Part shown: positions 9,821 through 18,209 of the stretch, in pieces
How positions within the stretch are numbered: the stretch's first letter is position 1
Layout: each line of letters begins with the position of its first letter
Assembly: GCA_002030015.1 (NCBI GenBank)
Contig: LQBH01000013.1
Span: forward strand, 145,218-209,217
From: a delta proteobacterium MLS_D
GTDB taxonomy: Bacteria; Desulfobacterota; Syntrophia; Syntrophales; UBA2210
Length of the DNA stretch: 64,000 bases
Reading direction: 5' to 3'
Translations under genes and position numbers: made by a program
Notes under the pieces: model-generated
Seen by the model: the letters and a program-made list of their open reading frames with translations, nothing else
The model's database searches: none
What the model was told of the DNA's origin: nothing

Positions 9821-11722
9821 TTAAGTGGGGTTATTGAAATGCGGGTCCCCGGGAATGGCAGTGAAAAATTGTGTCAGAGACAGGAAAACGGAGGCCGCCT
9901 TTTCCGTGTCGGGGCCGTCGCCGATGATGGTAAGAAAACGTTCGTCAGTGGGTGGTTGCGGAAAAATGGAGATCTGGTGTCGTCCGCCGACGTACTGGAA
10001 CAACGCCGGTTCGGGTAGATCAGAAAAATCCAGTATACCCTTTACACGAAACACGGAAGGCGGAAGTTTCTCCACGGCTCGCAGAAATTTTTCCCGGTCC
10101 ACGGGGGTGGTCAGGCGGATGCTCTTGGCCGAAAGGCCGTCGCGCAGGTGAGAAGGATGCAGAAACACGGCTTTTTCAGTATCTCCGGCTAATTTCGGAG
10201 AAAGATCGGCTCCCATAAGAAGCGCGGGGTTCAGGATGCCGTCAACGGCGGGTATCAACGGTGCGGTCGGGTTTATATCACGCAGCGTCTGTTCTATCGA
10301 GGCCAGGCGGTCAGAAGGAACCAGGTCTTTTTTATTAATCATGACAATATCCGCCCCCCGTATCTGCTCCACGGCGATGGACTGTTCACGGAGTGACCCC
10401 TCGATGTTTTCTGCGTCGACAACCGTCAGCACGCAGTCGAACCGGGCGATATCATCCATTTCTTTTATTTCGTCCTGCAGGTTGAAAGGATTGGCGAGGC
10501 CGGACGTTTCCAGGATGATGACATCTGGAGAATATTCATCGAGTATTTCACGCACCGTCCGCTTCAGGCTGCCAGACAGCGTGCAGCACACGCAACCTTC
10601 GTCGATCTCCGTCACGGTGTAATCGAGTAATTTACCGTCAAGACCGATTTCGCCGAGCTCGTTTTGAATCACCGCAACGAAGCGGCTCCGTTGAGTCTGG
10701 TAATCGATGAAATGTTGTAAAAAACTGGTTTTTCCTGATCCCAGGAATCCGGTTAAAATAATCAGGGGCGGCCGCTGGTCAATCCCTGTTATTACCGTGC
10801 CCGCGCTTGCCCCGGATTCGCCGAGCCGGTGCGAACCCCACCAGAGCTTTCCGGCGCAGGACGGCGGGGCATTTTCCGAATCACTCGCCGAAACGGCAAA
10901 CAGGCAATCCGAGCCTTCCGGTGCGATTGTCGAACTCAGTCGGTCGAAATCCGCCTCGCCGTAGCCGGTCATAACGAGACCATTCCAGAGATCGGGCGCC
11001 GGCTCGGAAGAAATTTCTCCGGATGACGAGTAGGTCTGTTGGAATCCCGTATATCTTTTCTCGATGGCGTGGTCGGGCGCCCGGTCGAGATTAAGGGTGA
11101 TCGAAGCGGTCAGTACATCGAAAAACCCGAGTGCCGTGTCAAAGGCGGGAAAATCCCGGTCAACTTCACCGGGCGACAGAAGCTGGACGGGGATTCCGTT
11201 TTTCACAAAAGTCACGCCATCTTTCGCCACGGTGCGCTGCGATGATTCACTCAGCATGGCGATGGCCAGCGCGGAATGATCTTTTCGAACGAAAAGGAAA
11301 AATGTACCGATTCCAAAAAGCGGCATCAGATCGGAATGCTTGAGAAATTCACGGATACGGTCCTGGTAGTCATCCTGCTGCGTTACCGCGGCGACTTGAA
11401 GGGAGAAACGTTCAACAAGTGACTCCTGCTCGTTTGGAAAGTAGCAGAGACCGAAACGACAGGTTATCCACTCCTGAACTGGCTCGCTGTCCAGAAAAAA
11501 AAGGCCGAACACCCCCTCGTTCCCGGCGATTCTCGCCGTCCAGCCCTCGGCGGCGGCGGAAACCTGGTGTTTCATCCCCCGCCATCCGACGGCGCGCCGT
11601 GTCGCCATCTGAAACTGAGTGCGGTACAGGATCGCCCTCAGCAACACCCGAAGAGCGATATCAGGGGACTCTTCCTCTTCGCTTGTGATAAAATGGTCAA
11701 GCGATCCGAGAATCGACGGCAT
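9821..11722 (-). CDS. Fusion protein: N-terminal unknown domain (~310 aa, paralog of ORF 30431..31414) + COG0523/CobW-type metallochaperone GTPase
   Basis: The C-terminal half carries Walker A GFLGSGKTSF, the COG0523 metal motif GCVCC, NKKD and a CobW_C-like tail. The N-terminal half shares LSPGEVDRDFPAFD and a YFPN block with the free-standing copy-B protein. Its ATG overlaps the upstream stop (TGATG). Confidence 0.8.
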   Translation of the reverse strand: MPSILGSLDHFITSEEEESPDIALRVLLRAILYRTQFQMATRRAVGWRGMKHQVSAAAEGWTARIAGNEGVFGLFFLDSEPVQEWITCRFGLCYFPNEQESLVERFSLQVAAVTQQDDYQDRIREFLKHSDLMPLFGIGTFFLFVRKDHSALAIAMLSESSQRTVAKDGVTFVKNGIPVQLLSPGEVDRDFPAFDTALGFFDVLTASITLNLDRAPDHAIEKRYTGFQQTYSSSGEISSEPAPDLWNGLVMTGYGEADFDRLSSTIAPEGSDCLFAVSASDSENAPPSCAGKLWWGSHRLGESGASAGTVITGIDQRPPLIILTGFLGSGKTSFLQHFIDYQTQRSRFVAVIQNELGEIGLDGKLLDYTVTEIDEGCVCCTLSGSLKRTVREILDEYSPDVIILETSGLANPFNLQDEIKEMDDIARFDCVLTVVDAENIEGSLREQSIAVEQIRGADIVMINKKDLVPSDRLASIEQTLRDINPTAPLIPAVDGILNPALLMGADLSPKLAGDTEKAVFLHPSHLRDGLSAKSIRLTTPVDREKFLRAVEKLPPSVFRVKGILDFSDLPEPALFQYVGGRHQISIFPQPPTDERFLTIIGDGPDTEKAASVFLSLTQFFTAIPGDPHFNNPT

Positions 11723-12419
11723 CAGGGTTTATTAAGTTCCGATTTTGGCTCCAGGAACTGAATGGCGACAAGCTTCCCTCCACGCCAGCTTGCGCGGTAA
11801 ACCTGGACGATATCTTCTCCCGGAATTTCAGTCGCTCCCCCCTCGGTACGACCTTCCACCGTGTAGGTGATCACCGGTCCGTTCCTTTCGGTCTTAACGA
11901 CATAGGGTTCTCTGATGACCAAGAGCCCATGGCCTGGCGGATCATACTCGAATCGCAGTACTTTTTCAGCACCGCTTCGTATTCAGCGGGTGTGCTGTGA
12001 GAACGCATACACTCGCGCATTTCGGGAATTATCTCTTCACGAGCAGGGGCTTTCGGCCCGGAAAATTCGAGTGAAACGAGACGGCCGTTTTCCCAGCACG
12101 CTTCATACACCTGCGTGGTGTGACCGGGGATTTCGCTTGATGTTTCCTCCACCGTGCCCTCCACGGTATAGCATATCTGTGAATTTTTCTTTTCCGTTTT
12201 TATCACGTAGGGATTTTTTATGAGGAGCAGTCCCATTGCCTGGCACATAATCCCCTGGCCGCAATATTTTGTAATAACTTTGGAATAGGCCTCCTGGGAT
12301 ACGTGGGCCTCCATACATTCGCGCATTTCCGGAATGACGCCCTTGTCTTCGGCAGGGTCCGCAAAGACCGGTTCCGCCAGAAAACAACCCAACACAATCA
12401 TAAGAACGATTCGTTTCAT
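11722..12419 (-). pseudogene. Lipoprotein with two tandem Cys-containing domains, interrupted by a 1-nt frameshift (or assembly error)
   Basis: The signal peptide has a lipobox (MKRIVLMIVLGC). Repeat 1 is IPEMRECMEAH...QAMGLLLIKNPYVIKTEK...YTVEG...LEFSGPK. Repeat 2 starts in the same frame (IPEMRECMRSH...IRQAMG). It continues only in ORF 11722..11922 (LVIREPYVVKTERN...YTVEG...IQFLEPK). The break is at the CCC/GGG run near 11925-11928. Confidence 0.6.
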
Positions 12420-12581
12420 AATATCCCTCGTTTCCCGAAACAGTCGCCGGGAGCAGCGGTTGTATAGAACAAGTCACTTTTTCAGACCCGGCCGGTTCGC
12501 CGCAATGCTTCCTCTCCTCAATGTCCATCACTTTGCCCCGAGACCGGCGGGAAAAGATTCTCCGCCGGTCCGGAGAACGGT

Positions 12582-13757
12582 TTACACGTCGATTCCAAAA
12601 CCTATCCTGTCGCCGTTTCCCAGGTAGACATCCTCCTTGGAGCGGTAGCGTGCCGTGCCTTTCACGATAGGATACCCAGCCGCCGCGAACTTCTTGGCAC
12701 ATACTATGCCCGTGCAGTGATTGCAGCCGATCTTTTTGAAGTCGTACTTGCCGAGAGAGAGCACCAGGTCGTCGTACTTGGGATCCCAATCTTCAAAGGG
12801 AGATACGTGCAGGCCGCCGTATACGCCGTACAGTTCGTCGTTCTCGTACTTAATTTCCTGGTATGCCGTTTCAGCGAACTGAATAATGCTCTGATGACAG
12901 CACCCCGTCACGCTGACCAACCCGCGGTCTTTTATATTGAAATACATGGACTGTTCGCCATAGACGCGGCATATGATCGGAATAGCGAAAACATAGGTGG
13001 CGAAACCCGGAACGATCGGCTTCAGTCCCGGTTTGACTTTGATCACTTCGCCCGTATGCCCTGAATCCTTCAGGTACTGCAGTCCCTCGGGATAAAACGT
13101 GTCGGGTATGTAGACGGGTATGTTCGGGTCGTACTTGAAGGTGACAGGAATGCCCCAGTAATGGTCAAAATGTTCGTGAGATATGAACAGGGCCTCGATT
13201 TCCCTGTTTTTCAGCATTTCGTCGATGCCCTCGCGCTTGAAGCATTCGTGGGTCCACTTGTAGCTCCAGCCGCTATCGAGGAGATACTTGTGTTGTTTTC
13301 CGTTCATTTCTTCCATTTCGATCAGGCAGGCGTAGCCACCGGCGTTCTCGGGATGAACCGAAAGCTTCTCGGTGATATCCCAGGCTTCGTCGACGTCGTT
13401 CGGCAACAGATGCTTGATCTTGGCGATGCCCTTTTCGTAACTGCCTTTGCCGAGGCCTGTCCCGTCACCGAAAGGCGGCCAGTTGTATAAATACTGGTCT
13501 ACCAATAATCCTCCGGCCCCTTTGATGTCGTTCATCAGATCGGCGTTGTTGAACCAGCTCGTTTCTGAAATATTTGTTATTTTGACATATTTACACGCCC
13601 CGATGTCGGCCATCTTACGCTTGACGGGGGAGAACTGAGCCTTGCGCCACGGCGAGTAGGAATATACTCCCATCGCAAGAACGGATCCCCCGAGCGCGCC
13701 CATGGCCGCGCCCTTGAAGAATTCCCTGCGGTTGATCGTGCTTTTGTTTTCAGACAT
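12582..13757 (-). CDS. Tat-signal metallo-beta-lactamase-fold protein (COG1237-like), copy A
   Basis: The start was trimmed to ATG 13757 (RBS AAAGGAGGAG), which removes the overlap with the upstream gene. The Tat motif is NRREFFKGAAMGALGG. The MBL motif is ISHEHFDHYWG. VTGCCH, YGGLHVSPFEDWDPK and CNHCTG are shared with copy B. Confidence 0.8.
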   Translation of the reverse strand: MSENKSTINRREFFKGAAMGALGGSVLAMGVYSYSPWRKAQFSPVKRKMADIGACKYVKITNISETSWFNNADLMNDIKGAGGLLVDQYLYNWPPFGDGTGLGKGSYEKGIAKIKHLLPNDVDEAWDITEKLSVHPENAGGYACLIEMEEMNGKQHKYLLDSGWSYKWTHECFKREGIDEMLKNREIEALFISHEHFDHYWGIPVTFKYDPNIPVYIPDTFYPEGLQYLKDSGHTGEVIKVKPGLKPIVPGFATYVFAIPIICRVYGEQSMYFNIKDRGLVSVTGCCHQSIIQFAETAYQEIKYENDELYGVYGGLHVSPFEDWDPKYDDLVLSLGKYDFKKIGCNHCTGIVCAKKFAAAGYPIVKGTARYRSKEDVYLGNGDRIGFGIDV

Positions 13758-13777
13758 GGCTCCTCCTTTATCACCAT

Positions 13778-15190
13778 TTAATGGATGATTGTAATTGATT
13801 CGTAGGCCCAGGGGAGCACCGCCAGGATGATAAAATAGATCACCACTCCGCAAACGGCGCCGACTCCCAGTCCCCACCCCAAGGTGGGATTCCACCGGAC
13901 TTCCGCCAGCCGTGCCTCTTCCTCAGCGTGATCGGCGGCGATTTCATCGGCGGTTTTCGGTACCATTTTCCAGCCCGGCCAGTTATCCATGAACCAGTGA
14001 TGCGCAAGCCAGATATTGATGAGCCAGATGGTCGGTATCATGGGAAACTGCTGAGGATGGGAAAATCCTTTCTGGGTACCGAGGAAATAATGTGATGTCG
14101 CGTAGTAGAAATAATAAAGCAGAATCGCCGCAACGGCCGTTATAAGGGTCCGGACGAGTACGTTGGTCGGCAGGCTGAACCGCTTGGGCCAGTTGCCGCA
14201 GTAGAACGTAATGAACAGAGCCGGAACGAGGAAAAAGACTGCCATCTCGCCGACATGCAGCCACCGCCAATCGGGCGCGAAATCCCGTCGTGTACCGCGG
14301 ATCGCCTGTCCCCAGGTCAGTTCCTGTGCGAAATACAGGAAAAAGTGAAGGGCCCAAGCGATGGCGATGATGCCGAAGAAGGCCGTTACCCGGCGCAGCC
14401 AGGTAGTTTTTATCAGTTTGAAGGGGAAACGTTCCCAAATAGTTTCCACAATCCACACCGTCACCGTGGCGCACATGATCCAGGAAACGTGGAAATTACC
14501 CGAAACAGTGTCGGCGAAACGCTCCCAGTAAGGCGGGGCGATGGATGTGAAATACTGCCAGGGATAGTAAAGAATGCCCATGTGAGAGTGCATTGTCATG
14601 AAGTATATCATCGTGCTCAGGAAGAATGTCATGACCAGTATGCTGATTCCCTTGGCCGGCTGACTCATATTCTGCCAGGGCGCTTCCTCGCAGGCTACAA
14701 CCCAGGCTGGACTCAGCCATGATGCGATTGCCGCGAACATCAGGCAGGCAAGGGCCGCATATTCGATGGCGAAAAATTCAGTAACGCCAGGCAACTCTAA
14801 TAAACGACCCGGATTAAAATAGGCCAGGCCTAAATTGCCAAGCAGACCCTCGAAAAATCCTTTAATGAGTATAACCAGGATACCCACCGAAATCGCGGTG
14901 AGTATTGCCCCTTTGTATAACGGATGACTGTTTTCCAACCAACTTCTTTTAAAGGGCCAGTAATTGAAAATGTACACCATCCAGATCAGCATAATCAGCC
15001 ACCACCTGGTGTACATGTACCCCACGTACGGAGTGTACATCCGCATCCACCCCCGGGAGTCCTGGAAAATCCACCACGTGACGTAAAACACCGCCAGCGT
15101 GAGAACCAGGGCCACGATTGCCGGCATGGGCTGGGGCCAGCGCTTGACCAGTTTCCGTTCTTCCAGGTATCCTACGCCATAACGCTCCAT
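13778..15190 (-). CDS. Polytopic membrane protein (~11-12 TM), Trp/Tyr-rich, unknown family, copy A
   Basis: 470 aa. It is a paralog of 29163..30407. Shared blocks are WWIF, YTP, NYWPFKRSWLENSHPLYKGA versus DYWPFSRSYLQNTHPLAKGA, and DNWPGWK versus DRWPGYR. Confidence 0.75.
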   Translation of the reverse strand: MERYGVGYLEERKLVKRWPQPMPAIVALVLTLAVFYVTWWIFQDSRGWMRMYTPYVGYMYTRWWLIMLIWMVYIFNYWPFKRSWLENSHPLYKGAILTAISVGILVILIKGFFEGLLGNLGLAYFNPGRLLELPGVTEFFAIEYAALACLMFAAIASWLSPAWVVACEEAPWQNMSQPAKGISILVMTFFLSTMIYFMTMHSHMGILYYPWQYFTSIAPPYWERFADTVSGNFHVSWIMCATVTVWIVETIWERFPFKLIKTTWLRRVTAFFGIIAIAWALHFFLYFAQELTWGQAIRGTRRDFAPDWRWLHVGEMAVFFLVPALFITFYCGNWPKRFSLPTNVLVRTLITAVAAILLYYFYYATSHYFLGTQKGFSHPQQFPMIPTIWLINIWLAHHWFMDNWPGWKMVPKTADEIAADHAEEEARLAEVRWNPTLGWGLGVGAVCGVVIYFIILAVLPWAYESITIIH

Positions 15191-15221
15191 ATGTCCCTCC
15201 TTTGGTTATCGGTTCACAATG

Positions 15222-15491
15222 TTACTGGTTATCAGGGCGTCGAGAGGAATCGGCCAATTGCTCATACAACGACCGGCGCAATTCTTCGCTGTCGGCGTCT
15301 TTCTCCTCTGCAATTCCTGTCCTTTCGGATTCCATGGCCAACAGTGACGGGCTCAATTCAGTGAAAGCCGGATAGCGATTATCGTGCTGTGTTTCACCGG
15401 AGTCTCCCTCCTGAAACGCAGTCACGACGCGAGTCGCAGCCTGTCCGATTTCCAAGCACTCTTTCCTGAAAAACTGTCTTCTGGTGATCAT
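15222..15491 (-). CDS. Small protein with Tat-like RRxFF N-terminus but no hydrophobic h-region, copy A
   Basis: MITRRQFFRKECLEIG... I trimmed the start to the ATG after AAGGGGG. The size and pattern match 31433..31696: RRxFF, then an aromatic-x-x-S...L block, R-x-GI, E-E-L/V-R...YE. Confidence 0.5.
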   Translation of the reverse strand: MITRRQFFRKECLEIGQAATRVVTAFQEGDSGETQHDNRYPAFTELSPSLLAMESERTGIAEEKDADSEELRRSLYEQLADSSRRPDNQ

Positions 15492-15692
15492 GCGCCCCCT
15501 TATTAATGGTCCTGGAAAACCCTCAGTTTGATTAACTAGCAATAGAGATGCCACGACGCGCGTTACGATACAATCTCAGTTGATTCAAAGGTGGAGGGCC
15601 CGAAAGCGGTTACAAAAGAACCGGTCGTTTTTCATGAAAGGAACAAACCGCACCGGAACGGCAGGAAAAAGGGTGCGATATGTTCCCATGGT

Positions 15693-16103
15693 TCAGGTCG
15701 TTGTTTCGATAAATCCCGGCATGCGGAAATGGTCGCGATGCAGATACCCTCGCCGGTATGCCGCCAGGACTTCATCGATATCTCCCGATATACCGTAAAT
15801 AAGACGTATATTTTTCTCTTTGAGGAAATTCGCGAAGAAGGAACTCAGGGCGCCGCAGATGACAACCTTCACGTCATGATTGGTGAATGAACCAAGACGA
15901 TCATTCATGCAGGAACATTCAATGGAGAAGTGACAAGATTCAGAATCAATGACCAGCAACCTGGTGCAGGCATCCAGTACGGGGGCGACTCTCCCCATGA
16001 ACTCAGGGATAGCGACGCGCCCGTCTGTGCCGGAAAACGACGTGCGGAAGCCGTTTTCTGTTCGCGCGTCGCCACTGTTCAGTATTGTTTTCCCGGGTTT
16101 CAT
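15693..16103 (-). CDS. NifX/NifB-like (COG1433) protein, first gene of operon A
   Basis: VAIPEFMGRVAPVLDACTRLLVID and VVICGALSSFFANFLKEKNIRLIYGISGDIDEVLAAY fit the NifX_NifB fold pattern. Confidence 0.6.
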   Translation of the reverse strand: MKPGKTILNSGDARTENGFRTSFSGTDGRVAIPEFMGRVAPVLDACTRLLVIDSESCHFSIECSCMNDRLGSFTNHDVKVVICGALSSFFANFLKEKNIRLIYGISGDIDEVLAAYRRGYLHRDHFRMPGFIETTT

Positions 16104-16157
16104 AATCCGGTGCCCGTTCGACGGAATATTTCTGCAAATAGAATGATTCCTTCACAT

Positions 16158-16173
16158 TGCAAAATTTGTACCC
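16158..16173 (-). promoter_or_regulatory. Candidate sigma54 (-24/-12) promoter of operon A
   Basis: The minus strand reads GGGTACAAATTTTGCA. It has GG-N10-GC spacing and a TTGCA -12 element, versus the consensus TGGCACG-N4-TTGCW. It lies about 55 nt upstream of the 16103 start and next to a sigma54 activator gene. Confidence 0.55.
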
Positions 16174-16207
16174 CGGCGACGCCGTTCGTTCCTGAGGATG
16201 TCGCGCC

Positions 16208-16249
16208 GGAGTCCGATTAAGCGGGATAGGAGTCCGATTAAACGGGATA
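16208..16249. repeat. Tandem 21-bp direct repeat (2 units, 1 mismatch) in the divergent control region
   Basis: GGAGTCCGATTAAGCGGGATA followed directly by GGAGTCCGATTAAACGGGATA. It sits between the sigma54 promoter of operon A and the activator gene. Confidence 0.85.
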
Positions 16250-16294
16250 AAGGTTACGTGAGGGTCTCCCGGTAAATGTTATGTAATTACTTTT

Positions 16295-16323
16295 TTGTAA
16301 AACATAATGTTATATGTTATTAA
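16295..16323 (+). promoter_or_regulatory. Possible sigma70 promoter of activator A
   Basis: TTGTAA-17 nt-TATTAA in an AT-rich stretch, about 65 nt upstream of GTG 16387. Confidence 0.3.
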
Positions 16324-16386
16324 TTATACTTTTGCTGTTGTTTATACCCGCATTCCATTCACCGGGAAAGAGATTGGAGGTGTAAC

Positions 16387-17742
16387 GTGGATGTTACACA
16401 CCACCATGAACTTATCCTCGACAGCATCGCGGAGGGCGTTTTCACCGTTGATCTGGATTGGCGTATTACTTCCTTCAACATGGCTGCTGAGAAAATAACG
16501 GGTACTCCGCGTGAGCAGGCCCTGGGGCGGTACTGTTTCGAGGTCTTCCGCGCGGATATATGCGAGACATACTGTCCGCTACGATGGACCATGCAGGGGA
16601 AGAAACAATTGTCGAACATGCCCGTATACGTGTATCGCGCCGACAAGAGGCGTATTCCCATTTGTGTCAACACGGCGCTTCTAAGAGATGAAAATAACCG
16701 GATTATCGGGGGCGTGGAAACCTTTCAGGACATGTCCGTGGTCCGGGAACTTCGGAAAGCGCTTCAACAGACGCATTCTTTTAACGATATAGTAAGTGAA
16801 AATCCTCAGATGCTGCAGATCATGAGTCTGTTGCCCCAGGTCGCGGCAAGCGGCAGCACCATTCTGATAGAAGGCGCGAGCGGGACCGGGAAGGAACTCG
16901 TGGCGCGGGCCATTCATCATCACAGTCCACAAAGCGCGGGTCCTTTCGTGGCGGTCAATTGCGGCGCCCTGCCGGACTCGCTTATTGAATCGGAACTTTT
17001 CGGGTACAAAACCGGCGCATTTACCGACGCGCGGCATGACAGGCAGGGACGTTTCGCGATGGCCCAGAACGGCACGATTTTTCTTGACGAGATCGGAGAT
17101 ATTTCACCCTCCGTCCAGGTCGTGCTGCTTCGCGTGCTTCAGGAACACATGTACGAACCCCTGGGGTCCAGCCAGCCGGTTCCGACAAACGCCAGAATCA
17201 TTGCCGCCACGCATCGCAATCTCGAGCAACTGGTGCAGGAAGAAAAATTCAGGGACGATCTTTATTACCGTATTAATGTTTTTAAACTGGTGTTACCGCC
17301 GCTCGCGGAACGTAAAGATGATATTCCCCTGCTGATCGAGTTTTTCATTGAGCGTTTCAATAACCGAAAAGGACGGTCCGTTGTGGGCGTCTCAAAAAAG
17401 GCCATGTCTGCGCTGATGATGCATGACTGGCCCGGTAACGTGCGCGAACTTGAAAACGCGGTCGAGCACGCGTTTATTCTGTGCCGGAACGACATTATCG
17501 AACTTGAGGATCTGCCCGACAACCTGGCGCCGGTTCAGGAAACAACCGTTTTTTCGGGAAAAACATTGAGAGATATAGAACAGTTTGCCATACTCCAGGC
17601 GCTTCGGCGAAACAGGGGAAAAAAGACGGCCGCGGCACACGAACTCGGCATAGATAAAAACACGCTACGCCGCAAAATGATAAGGTTGGGGATCAGTGGG
17701 AAAGGCGGTGAGCAACGCGCCGTCGGAGGCGGCAGCGGCTGA
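16387..17742 (+). CDS. Sigma54-dependent transcriptional activator (PAS + AAA+ + Fis-type HTH), activator A
   Basis: PAS domain (LILDSIAEGVFTVDLDWRITSFN). Walker A GASGTGKELVARAIH. GAFTDA loop. Walker B IFLDEIGD. WPGNVRELEN. C-terminal HTH (AAHELGIDKNTLRRKM). Confidence 0.9.
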   Translation: MDVTHHHELILDSIAEGVFTVDLDWRITSFNMAAEKITGTPREQALGRYCFEVFRADICETYCPLRWTMQGKKQLSNMPVYVYRADKRRIPICVNTALLRDENNRIIGGVETFQDMSVVRELRKALQQTHSFNDIVSENPQMLQIMSLLPQVAASGSTILIEGASGTGKELVARAIHHHSPQSAGPFVAVNCGALPDSLIESELFGYKTGAFTDARHDRQGRFAMAQNGTIFLDEIGDISPSVQVVLLRVLQEHMYEPLGSSQPVPTNARIIAATHRNLEQLVQEEKFRDDLYYRINVFKLVLPPLAERKDDIPLLIEFFIERFNNRKGRSVVGVSKKAMSALMMHDWPGNVRELENAVEHAFILCRNDIIELEDLPDNLAPVQETTVFSGKTLRDIEQFAILQALRRNRGKKTAAAHELGIDKNTLRRKMIRLGISGKGGEQRAVGGGSG

Positions 17743-17846
17743 CTCCAGTACGGAGAAGAAGGCGCCGTGAGCAGGCCGGGCTTTCTCCGGCGATTTCCGG
17801 GAAGGGCGGCCGGTTTGAACAATTCTTCCAGTGCTCGTCGTTTTTA

Positions 17847-18209
17847 TTATTCCCCGGATTCGGGAACGAGCATATTAAGTGTGTCCGTAAAAAATGTAAC
17901 AAGCGGTCCCATCGCCAGGCTTCCACCCATCATAAGGCCGACGGCCGCGGTCTCTATCAGCTCTTCCCGGGTTGCTCCGGCCTGAACGGCCTGGGCTGCG
18001 CGTGCGGAAATACAGTACTCGCAATGTGACGCTATTCCGATGGCGACGCACATCAGGCTCTTCGTTTTACGGTCCAGGGCCTTCGATTGCAAAACAGTCT
18101 CGTTAAGATTTCCAAATGCCTTGAGAGTTTCTTTGTCCACCTTGGCATACCCGCCGAGCGCGCCTTCCATGTGTTTCAGAAACACTTTCGGATCTTCCAG
18201 CATTGCCAT
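17847..18209 (-). CDS. Carboxymuconolactone decarboxylase / AhpD-like family protein
   Basis: KTKSLMCVAIGIASHCEYCI contains the CxxC typical of the CMD family. The start was trimmed to the ATG after AAGGAAGGAGA. Confidence 0.75.
   Translation of the reverse strand: MAMLEDPKVFLKHMEGALGGYAKVDKETLKAFGNLNETVLQSKALDRKTKSLMCVAIGIASHCEYCISARAAQAVQAGATREELIETAAVGLMMGGSLAMGPLVTFFTDTLNMLVPESGE

Noticed and set aside
13758-13895. N-terminal extensions in the ORF track for 12582..13895, and likewise for 21603..22568, 33767.., 35778.., 42268.., 42988.., 32775..
   Set aside because: The extensions overlap upstream genes or lack an RBS. Internal ATGs with good RBSs restore typical N-termini (Tat motif, REC domain, HTH and so on), so I trimmed the starts.
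16208-16249. The 21-bp tandem repeat as a mini CRISPR array
   Set aside because: There are only two abutting units with no spacer, and no cas genes. It is treated as a regulatory repeat instead.
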